From: Candidatus Bathyarchaeia archaeon
Lineage (GTDB): Archaea; Thermoproteota; CALKCG01; B24; JAGTQN01
Length of the DNA stretch: 64,000 nucleotides
NCBI GenBank assembly: GCA_038850515.1
Contig: JAWCLV010000003.1
Coordinates: 1,620-65,619 of the forward strand
Direction of reading: 5' to 3'
A program made the position numbers and the translations under genes. Under the pieces are notes generated by a model. The model saw only the letters and a program-made list of their open reading frames with translations, searched no databases and was not told the origin of the DNA. Numbering within the stretch: the stretch's first letter is position 1; the number at the start of each line of letters is the position of its first letter. Shown here piece after piece: positions 57,032 through 64,000 of this stretch.

Positions 57032-57272
57032 ACTCCTTTGTCCACTCCTTCCTCATGACCTCAATCTCCTCTGAAGGCTTTCTTCCCCTGAACACATCTT
57101 CATCCACCCCAGCCAACTTTGAAAGCTTGGGAACCGGAACGAGTTTGATGGCATTATCCTCCTGAACAACTAAGAATCTCTCACCCTTCACAATCCTCAT
57201 CCGCTTCCTAAACTTTGAAGGGATCGTTACCTGTCCCTTCGAGGAAACCGTGACCACTTCCATTTCAGTCAA
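57006..57272 (-). CDS. vapB: AbrB/SpoVT-family antitoxin VapB
   Basis: VVTVSSKGQVTIPSKFRKRMRI is a swapped-hairpin motif. The gene overlaps vapC, and a TTTATAAA box lies about 45 nt upstream. Confidence 0.85.
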   Translation of the reverse strand: MTEMEVVTVSSKGQVTIPSKFRKRMRIVKGERFLVVQEDNAIKLVPVPKLSKLAGVDEDVFRGRKPSEEIEVMRKEWTKEFEKRVQQA

Positions 57273-57631
57273 ACTATTTCACCAACAAAATTATTAACCG
57301 TCTTACATTTATAAATCTGTCGGAAATTATCAAATCTTACGGACAAATTTCTCAAGATTTCCATGAAAGCTAGCAATAAAGCCCGACTTTTAGTCGTGGC
57401 CATAAGGTTCTTTGGGAGGCATAAGAAAGATATAGACGAGCCTTCGTATCCCTCGTACAGACCACCTGCGTCTGCAACTGGTCGTTTGCTGTCAGGGAAG
57501 GTCTGCAGGGCTATAACATCCTTAATTATCCAACCTGCTCCATATTTTGGCATTCTCCAATATGGAAAGCCTCTCAACTTGGTCCTTTGGACTTGGGTTC
57601 CATGATCATGGTCTGGGAATTTTTCCAACAA
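57269..57631 (-). CDS. Questionable hypothetical ORF
   Basis: 120-aa ORF with no recognised family. Its 3' end contains the likely vapB promoter and an antisense ORF of similar size exists, so it may be non-coding. Confidence 0.2.
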   Translation of the reverse strand: MLEKFPDHDHGTQVQRTKLRGFPYWRMPKYGAGWIIKDVIALQTFPDSKRPVADAGGLYEGYEGSSISFLCLPKNLMATTKSRALLLAFMEILRNLSVRFDNFRQIYKCKTVNNFVGEIV

Positions 57632-57671
57632 GGCTTCCCAAAGGCTATTAGGATGCGCATCTTTTGAAGCT

Positions 57672-57849
57672 TCCTAGACATACCTCCTCTAGGCCCTATC
57701 CTCTTGGGACCTAGAGGCCCATAGGGCCTCCTAGGACTTACGGATCTGATTTTCCTAGGAGAGGCCCCTTAGAGTTCACATAATGGGAGAGGTTTCCTAT
57801 GACTCGGATAGGACCTAAGGACCTAGGCTTAGGTTCCTAGAAGAGGCCC
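57672..57849. repeat. Cluster of at least 5 copies of a CCTAG(n0-4)AGGCCC motif, including one inverted pair that forms a hairpin
   Basis: ctaggccc 57689-57696; cctagaggccc 57710-57720; gggcctcctagg 57724-57735 (inverted); cctaggagaggcccc 57754-57768; cctagaagaggccc 57836-57849. Confidence 0.6.
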
Positions 57850-58163
57850 TTCCCGCAAACTTTTAGTCCATCCAGAGCCCCAGAAAGGGAATCTCCTCAT
57901 AGACGGATTTAGGAATTCGCGAACTTTTGGATGTATAGACCGTTGCGTTGTGCCACGTTTCGTCCTGCCTCTCAGTCCGGCATTATCCAATGTCTAATCA
58001 GACTCCTTTGAGGAACTGAGGCCTCCAGGGCTGGAGGTGCCAAGAGAAAAGAAACGAATTTAGAAAGCGTTCTTACGAAGCTACGCTCCACCTCCGCCTT
58101 TTTTGGTCTTGGATCTCAAGCCTAACCTTGGCTTAGGCTAGCCGGATGCGTTCGAATCGAAAC

Positions 58164-58679
58164 TCACCATAAGAAGTTCATTTTTTCGAGGATGTGGAAG
58201 GCCAAAGTAAAATAGAAAAGCACAGTCAGGGGTATGTGTAAGGTCCTCCAATAATCCTTTACAATCCTGACTTTCATGTATCGCCCCAAGGTTCCCGTTA
58301 CAACGATCACCACCATAAGGAGCAGGGCTAGAAAGCTAAGGAAGTATCCAGGCCTTGGAGCCTGTATCTTGTTGATGGCATGAAAAGCAACGAAGGCTAT
58401 GGAAAGGGTTCCCGTTACGCAGTGGGCGAGGAGCCAGGTTTTAATGCTTTTTGGGAAGCCCCTCTTAAGGGCTGAGTAGGAGACCGATGCTGCAAAGGTC
58501 AGGAAGCCGACCCATCCAAACCAGTGGGCAACATCCCTAGGGAGAATCCTGTAGGGCCCCCTTTGCTGACGCCTGGTCTCGGGTCCTACGTTAAAGGTTA
58601 TAAGGGCTGTCAACAACAGCAAAGCTTGGATAAAGACCATGAGAAAAAGAGTTTTCCTTAGGTTCATGCCCCCTTCCAT
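58164..58679 (-). CDS. Integral membrane protein with conserved His residues in TM helices (DUF4405/cytochrome-b-like?)
   Basis: 171 aa with 4-5 predicted TM helices and His residues within or near them (VAHWFGW, LLAHCVTG, FVAFHAINK, TLHIPL, LAFHILE). The family call is tentative. Confidence 0.5.
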   Translation of the reverse strand: MEGGMNLRKTLFLMVFIQALLLLTALITFNVGPETRRQQRGPYRILPRDVAHWFGWVGFLTFAASVSYSALKRGFPKSIKTWLLAHCVTGTLSIAFVAFHAINKIQAPRPGYFLSFLALLLMVVIVVTGTLGRYMKVRIVKDYWRTLHIPLTVLFYFTLAFHILEKMNFLW

Positions 58680-59101
58680 TAGGTTGCTTTGCTATAAGAA
58701 TTCTTGCTAGAAGGATTTAAGCCAGATTCCCTTTACTTTATGTTTCTCAGAATGAAGGAGAAATGGAAGCTCGAAGAATGGTATTCGAATCGAGGAGGGT
58801 AAGGAAGCGAATAGGGGGCTAATAGAGTACTAGAGACCTGGGATAGGGTATGGGCTTAAACGTATGGAGTTTCCGAAGGCACGATACGATGGGAAAGCCA
58901 TCAAAAAGCGGCCTACATCGAGGAAAATCCTCGATGGAAACTTTGAAGACGAATTGAAGAATAAGGAGAAGAAGGACATACGACATAGCTAGAATAGCCG
59001 CCTAAGGGATTATGAGAACAAAGAAAGATAGAATCCACGATGAAGCTCTAAGATGCTTGGCTATTCGTTCGACCTTGGAACATATCCATAATCTGTCCAA
59101 T

Positions 59102-60220
59102 CTATTCCTGAGCTTCTTCCCCTTCGTAGCCCCTGAGCTCTTTGGCCAATTCTTCTATAAGGCGTCTCTGCCTTGGCGTTAGGCTCGTGGGCGTTCTAAC
59201 ATGAATGTTAACAATCTGGTCACCACGCCCATAGGGGCTTGGCAGTCCCTTTCCCTTTATCCTGAAAGTGGTCCCGCTTTGGGTACCAGCTGGGATCTTA
59301 AGGTTTTCATATCCATCCAGGGTTGGAACACGGATCTTAGCCCCCAAGGCCGCTTGGGGGAAGCTTATATGGGCATCATATATGATGTCCCTCCCCTCCC
59401 TCCTGAAAAGAGGATGGGGCTTTATTCGGACGACAACGTATAGATCCCCTGGGGGCCCTCCATGACTTCCTAAGCTTCCCTCACCGCGAAGCCTCAGGTA
59501 AGCTCCGTCCTCTATTCCCTTGGGAACCTTTACAAGGATCTTCCGCACCCTTTCCCTCAACCCCTTCCCCATGCAACTGGGGCATGGGTTGTCCACGAAG
59601 GTACCCCTTCCCCCACAGGCATCGCAGGGGATTACCTGGATGACTTGGGCGAAGCCCGTCGATCTTCTGAACTCGAGGCGCCCGCTTCCATGGCATTTAT
59701 GGCAGGTCCTTGGGGATGTTCCAGGCTTCAGACCGCTTCCTCGGCATAGCTCACAGGTCTCCAGCCTCGGGACGAGGATCTCCTTCTGGACTCCTGAGGC
59801 TACCTCTTCCAGCGTTATTGAAAGCTCATACTGGAGGTCCTCACCCCTTGAGGGCCCCTCAGCCCTGAATCCTCCAAACCAGTCTTTAAAAAAACGCTCA
59901 AAGATGCTTTCGAAGCCCCCAAAACCGAAGTCCCTGAAGACCTCTTCGAAATCCGTTCTCCTGAAGAGATCCTCGGGCGTATAGCGACCTTCTATACCGG
60001 CCCTTCCCATGAGGTCGTACTGCCTTCGCTTCTCGTCGTCCGAGAGGACCGCATAGGCTTCCGAGATCTCCTTAAACCTTTCGGCGGCATCTGGAGACTT
60101 ATTCCTATCGGGGTGATACTGGAAGGCGAGCTTTCTGAAGGCTTCCTTTATCTCCTCCTTCGTCGCATTCCTAGAAACGCCTAGGATTTCGTAATAGTCT
60201 CGCTTACTCATCGATGGCAC
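59102..60220 (-). CDS. dnaJ: Chaperone DnaJ (type I: J domain, G/F region, 4x CxxCxGxG zinc finger)
   Basis: [33 protein letters not shown]; [32 protein letters not shown]. Confidence 0.95.
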   Translation of the reverse strand: MPSMSKRDYYEILGVSRNATKEEIKEAFRKLAFQYHPDRNKSPDAAERFKEISEAYAVLSDDEKRRQYDLMGRAGIEGRYTPEDLFRRTDFEEVFRDFGFGGFESIFERFFKDWFGGFRAEGPSRGEDLQYELSITLEEVASGVQKEILVPRLETCELCRGSGLKPGTSPRTCHKCHGSGRLEFRRSTGFAQVIQVIPCDACGGRGTFVDNPCPSCMGKGLRERVRKILVKVPKGIEDGAYLRLRGEGSLGSHGGPPGDLYVVVRIKPHPLFRREGRDIIYDAHISFPQAALGAKIRVPTLDGYENLKIPAGTQSGTTFRIKGKGLPSPYGRGDQIVNIHVRTPTSLTPRQRRLIEELAKELRGYEGEEAQE

Positions 60221-60434
60221 CTCGACCTTCCGTTATACTTTATTTTTCTCCTTTCTACTTGGAAAGCTTCGCCTTCCTTCGCCCTTCTTCGCCCTTCTCC
60301 TTCCCTTACCTTACCTTCGCCCTCACCCTTGCCCTCGACGACGATTCATACAAGGCATTTCGATGAAATCTTATTTTTACTTATTATTTTTATTCCCTTT
60401 TCTTTTTTTTGTTTTATTCGAAAAATTCTAGGTA

Positions 60435-62306
60435 TTACTTCTTTTCCTCCCCTTCTACCTTGTAGTCCGCATCAACAGCCCTATCCTTTCCTTCCTTGGG
60501 AGGCTGTTGCTGCCTTCCCCGCTCCTCGGCGGCTCTCTGGTAGAGCCTTGCCCCAATCTCTTGCAAGTGCTTTGAAAGCTCATCCATCTTAGCCTTTATC
60601 TGTCCAATATCAGCCTTCTTGGCAAGGAGCTCCCTAAGCTCTTGGGCACCCTTCTCGACTCTATCCTTGGATTCCTTATCCACCTTGTCTCCAAGTTCCT
60701 TGAGGGTTCTTTCAGCCGTGTAGATGAGGCTATCTGCGGCGTTCCTGGTCTCCGCCTCCTCCCTAGCCTTTCTATCTTGTTCGGCGAAGCGCTCAGCCTC
60801 CCTTATCATTCGCTCCTTTTCCTCCTTCGATAGCCTTGTTGAGCCCGTTATGGTTATCTTAGCTTCCTTCCCCGTAGCCATATCCTTGGCTGTAACGTTA
60901 AGAATGCCGTTGGCATCTATGTCGAAGGTCACTTCTATCTGGGGAACGCCTCTAGGAGCCGGAGGGATGCCCGTCAAATGGAACATCCCCAAGGATACGT
61001 TGTCCTTCGCCATTGCCCTCTCGCCCTGTAGGACATGGATCGTTACGGCCGTTTGGAAGTCGGCAGCCGTCGTGAAGATCTGGCTCTGCCTTATTGGAAT
61101 CGGCGTATTCCTCTCGATGATCTTCGTAAAGACGCCTCCAAGGGTCTCGACGCCTAGGGATAGGGGCGTAACGTCGAGGAGGACTATGTCCCTGAGCTCC
61201 CCGGCTATGATGCCACCTTGAATGGCGGCTCCCATGGCGACGCATTCCATAGGGTCTATGCCCCGCTCAGCTGGCTTTCCCATCACATCCTCCACGAACT
61301 TCCTAACCAGAGGCATCCTCGTCTGGCCCCCTATTAGAATGATCTTATCGATATCCTTGGGCTCAAGCTTGGCATCCGCAAGGACGCGCCTTAGGGTTGC
61401 CTCAACCCTCTCGACGATCGGTAGGGCAAGTTGTTCGAGCTTCGCCCTCGTAAGGGTTACGTGCAAATGCTTGGGGCCTGAGGCATCGTAGGCTATGAAG
61501 GGAAGGTCTATATCCGTCTGGAGAAGGGTTGAAAGCTCGATCTTGGCCTTCTCTGCCGCCTCCTTAAGCCTCATCATCGCCATTCTATCCTTCCGGAGGT
61601 CTATGCCAGGATTCTGCCTTTCGAACTCTTGGATGAGATAATCGACTATGGCATTGTCGATGTCGGCTCCTCCGGTCTGGGTATCCCCGCTCGTGGCTAT
61701 GACTTGGTAGACGCCTCCTCCGAACTCCATGACCGTCACATCGTGCGTTCCGCCTCCAAAGCTGAAGACAAGGATCTTCATGCTCTTCCCTTCCTTATCC
61801 AAGCCGTAAGCTAGGGCGGCGGCAGTAGGCTCGTTTATGATTCTGACGACTTCGAGCCCAGCTATCTCTCCCGCATCCTTCGTCGCCTGCCTCTGGTTAT
61901 CGTTAAAGTGGGCCGGTACCGTAATTACGGCCTTCTTTATGGGCTCCCCTAGGAAGGTCTCTGCATCCCTCTTGATCTTCTGAAGGATGAAGGCTGAAAT
62001 CTGCTGGGGCGTATACTCCTTACCGTATATTCGGACCTTATAGTCCGTTCCCATCTTCCTTTTGATCTCCAGGACCGTTCCCTCGGGGTTTGTGAGGAGC
62101 TGGCGTTTTGCAGGCTCCCCCACGAGGATCTGGCCATCCTTCGTGAAGGCGACTACGGAGGGGAACATCTTACCTGCTATCGTAGGACCTTCGGCGCTTG
62201 GAATCGTAATCGGTCTACCAGCTTCGAGGACGGCTGCTGCCGAGTTGGTTGTTCCCAAGTCGATGCCTATGATTCTCTCCCTCTTTTCGCCCTTGGACTC
62301 ACTCAT
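60435..62306 (-). CDS. dnaK: Chaperone DnaK (Hsp70)
   Basis: [20 protein letters not shown]-like [12 protein letters not shown], and [13 protein letters not shown]. The likely start is ATG 62306 (MSESKGEK...) rather than the over-extended track start at 62330. Confidence 0.95.
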   Translation of the reverse strand: MSESKGEKRERIIGIDLGTTNSAAAVLEAGRPITIPSAEGPTIAGKMFPSVVAFTKDGQILVGEPAKRQLLTNPEGTVLEIKRKMGTDYKVRIYGKEYTPQQISAFILQKIKRDAETFLGEPIKKAVITVPAHFNDNQRQATKDAGEIAGLEVVRIINEPTAAALAYGLDKEGKSMKILVFSFGGGTHDVTVMEFGGGVYQVIATSGDTQTGGADIDNAIVDYLIQEFERQNPGIDLRKDRMAMMRLKEAAEKAKIELSTLLQTDIDLPFIAYDASGPKHLHVTLTRAKLEQLALPIVERVEATLRRVLADAKLEPKDIDKIILIGGQTRMPLVRKFVEDVMGKPAERGIDPMECVAMGAAIQGGIIAGELRDIVLLDVTPLSLGVETLGGVFTKIIERNTPIPIRQSQIFTTAADFQTAVTIHVLQGERAMAKDNVSLGMFHLTGIPPAPRGVPQIEVTFDIDANGILNVTAKDMATGKEAKITITGSTRLSKEEKERMIREAERFAEQDRKAREEAETRNAADSLIYTAERTLKELGDKVDKESKDRVEKGAQELRELLAKKADIGQIKAKMDELSKHLQEIGARLYQRAAEERGRQQQPPKEGKDRAVDADYKVEGEEKK

Positions 62307-63045
62307 GGGAACCACCCACCTCCACCTCAACCTCTACCCCAGGCTTGCCCTCGCAAGAGGGAACCTTTGGGTTTAGGTTTGAGTTCTGGTTCTGGCCTGG
62401 GTTCTGGCCTGGATTCTGGTTCGGTTTCGGGTTCATGGCTACCTTGACAACACTGGGCCTGATAACCTTGCCCTTAAAGGTAAAGCCAACCCTTATCTCT
62501 TCGATGATCGTTCCCTCGGGGTAATCCTTCGTGAAAACTCCCTCGGCCGCCTCATGAAGCTGGGGGTCAAAGGTTCTACCTACGGCTTCGATCTTGGCCA
62601 GGCCTTCCCTGGAGAGGGTTTCATAAAGCCTTTTCAGCGTCATCTCAACCCCCTCAAGGATCGAATCGTTTCTCCCTTTTCCAAGGCCTTGTTTTCCTGC
62701 CTTTACTGCCATCTCGAGTTCATCTAGAACGCTAAGAAGGTCCTTCATGAGTTTCTCATTGCCGAAGGCAATAGCAGCCTCTATTTCCTTGGCTTGGCGC
62801 CTCTTTAGGCTCTCGTAATCGGACTGAAGATACTTGAGCTGAGTTAGGTATCTCTCAGCCTTTGCCTTCTCCTCCCTCAGCTCCCCCCGAAGGGCTTCGA
62901 TCTCTTCCTTCAGCTGTTCAAGGGAAGGCTCCTCGCTCCTTGACGAGGAATTCCCCTTTCCTTGGGCTTCGGGAACTTTTTCCGGGGGGAATTCCCTATC
63001 CGAGGGAGCCTTCTTGTCGATCTCCCCGACAGCCGCAGGAAGCAT
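62299..63045 (-). CDS. grpE: Nucleotide exchange factor GrpE with an Asn/Pro/Gln-rich low-complexity C-terminal tail
   Basis: Coiled-coil N-terminal half, then [35 protein letters not shown]...FDPQLHEAA...[16 protein letters not shown]. The tail overlaps the dnaK start. Confidence 0.9.
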   Translation of the reverse strand: MLPAAVGEIDKKAPSDREFPPEKVPEAQGKGNSSSRSEEPSLEQLKEEIEALRGELREEKAKAERYLTQLKYLQSDYESLKRRQAKEIEAAIAFGNEKLMKDLLSVLDELEMAVKAGKQGLGKGRNDSILEGVEMTLKRLYETLSREGLAKIEAVGRTFDPQLHEAAEGVFTKDYPEGTIIEEIRVGFTFKGKVIRPSVVKVAMNPKPNQNPGQNPGQNQNSNLNPKVPSCEGKPGVEVEVEVGGSHE

Positions 63046-63415
63046 GGAATCACCTTGAATTTAATTAAGGCTTGGGTTAAAAACCGAGTCAAGCTTTTTA
63101 TAAACCTTCTGAGCCGAGGGATTCTAAGCCTAAGAATCGCTTCTATAAATGAGGCGAGTCGAAGCTTCGGAGTTTTCCTATGAGGGCAGGATCCTTTTTC
63201 CATTATTGGATTTGAATGCCGGGAACATCCTCTCTAGCCCTCCATTTCATCCTTTGAACTTATCGTTAAAGCGTTTCTAGGGAGGTTCATGATTCAACTC
63301 GCAAGAATTGTCCATGCGATAGTCGACGATCTATCTATGGCGGGACTGAGTTTAGATTTAGAATGCTTTATTTCCAAATCCTTTAATCATTCGTGGCATT
63401 ACGCAAAATTCTTAT

Positions 63416-64000
63416 TTAAGAACGCTGCACCATTATGTCCGATATTCTGTATTCCCTTGAACCATCGTTCGAAGATTTTAACGAGGCTTCAAGGAAAGAT
63501 ACTATCTCAATCGTCTCTTCAGGACTGATGGGCATTCTTCGAGTTTGGAACATTTCAATAACTCTCTTGAGCAACTCCCTATAGATATATAGCGTATCTA
63601 TCCTCGATGAAACTATGCTTTTTTCATAGAAGGCTGTAAAGCCGTAGCCGTATGGACCTTTTCGCATACCTCTGAAAAAACCTATGCGACCGTCGCGCCA
63701 TACTCCGATGGCAACATCCCATCCATCCCTATGGAGGCATCTTACGGATTCGCAGCCAATTCCCATGATCGTATATAGCATTTCTACACCATGAATTCCA
63801 TAGTTGAAGAGCCCTGGATTCTTCGGATGCAAGGTCGCGGGCGAATATGTTTCGGCTCCTAAGACTTCGCCTAGATCCTTTCTAGCCTTCAAATCTTGGA
63901 TTTCAAGGGCATATCGCAGGGCCGAGGCTGAAAAAACCGGGACGTTGTATCGTTGGGCTAAATCGAAAATTTTCTTTGCATCGGATGTGCTGCATGTGAA
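63416..64000 (-). CDS. Gfo/Idh/MocA-family oxidoreductase; the 5' end runs off the window
   Basis: The track ORF 63416..63892 is the C-terminal domain. The frame stays open to the window edge (...TCSTSDAKKIFDLAQRYNVPVFSASALRYALEIQDLKARKDLGEV...). Confidence 0.65.
   Translation of the reverse strand, partial: FTCSTSDAKKIFDLAQRYNVPVFSASALRYALEIQDLKARKDLGEVLGAETYSPATLHPKNPGLFNYGIHGVEMLYTIMGIGCESVRCLHRDGWDVAIGVWRDGRIGFFRGMRKGPYGYGFTAFYEKSIVSSRIDTLYIYRELLKRVIEMFQTRRMPISPEETIEIVSFLEASLKSSNDGSREYRISDIMVQRS

Noticed and set aside
57269-57631. The 120-aa ORF as a degenerate DNA methyltransferase, from LEKFPD...FPYW resembling the ..LPD.SVDL..TSPPYW motif
   Set aside because: The similarity is limited to a few residues, the catalytic (S/D)PPY is not intact, and the downstream sequence does not follow the methyltransferase pattern. 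This is too weak to report.
57850-58163. SRP RNA, RNase P RNA or a tRNA in the ORF-free region (a TTCGAAT-like string occurs at about 58150)
   Set aside because: No flanking T-stem complementarity, no acceptor stem, and none of the conserved RNase P (GAGGAAAGUCC) or SRP helix-8 motifs on either strand.
60221-60434. Purine-rich (sense-strand) low-complexity tracts downstream of genes as a novel strand-specific terminator signal
   Set aside because: When checked across the window the orientation is inconsistent. Several plus-strand genes are followed by pyrimidine-rich tracts (5119-5180, 47277-47350) and others by purine-rich ones, so no uniform rule emerges.
63119-63137. GATTCT-N7-AGAATC palindrome upstream of grpE as a heat-shock operator
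   Set aside because: The arms are only 6 bp, there is a single occurrence, and it does not resemble the archaeal heat-shock regulator sites I know. It is not distinguishable from chance.

Overview
Archaeal chromosomal segment. Diagnostic genes include ribosomal proteins S3Ae, S24e, S27ae and L18e, RpoD/RpoN, KEOPS Kae1 and Pcc1, aIF5A, ABCE1, ATP-dependent DNA ligase, GTP-dependent dephospho-CoA kinase and Ftr. Intron-rich tRNAs suggest a TACK/Thermoproteota-like lineage, but that is inference only, since no searches were run. Conserved housekeeping blocks are: S3Ae-Pcc1-RecJ-S15; S24e-S27ae; Kae1; aIF5A plus tRNA-Ile; pstSCAB-phoU; S2-enolase-RpoN-S9-L13-L18e-RpoD-S11-S4-S13; ABCE1; Ftr; and grpE-dnaK-dnaJ. 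Between them lie visibly AT-rich accessory islets carrying toxin-antitoxin pairs, a metal/arsenic stress cluster, decayed genes and repeats. The main finding is that the aIF5A gene is split exactly at the hypusine-lysine codon by a 30-nt insertion that is in frame and contains a stop codon. This insertion can be drawn as a relaxed bulge-helix-bulge splice motif with the same architecture as a non-canonical intron in the tRNA-Ile gene 33 nt downstream, so it is a candidate archaeal mRNA intron. Other points: tRNA-Ile has two insertions and tRNA-Leu has a D-arm insertion. An AT-rich islet is bounded by a duplicated tRNA-Leu 3' end. The S11 gene is inverted inside the otherwise universal S13-S4-S11-RpoD operon and is flanked by a 9-bp direct repeat. 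Two genes have homopolymer-associated frameshifts (S3Ae, DUF4349). There is also a perfect 51-bp tandem repeat, a MITE-like palindrome and a cluster of CCTAG...AGGCCC motifs. No CRISPR array, rRNA gene or intact transposase/integrase was seen. All family assignments rest on motif recognition by eye and need database confirmation.
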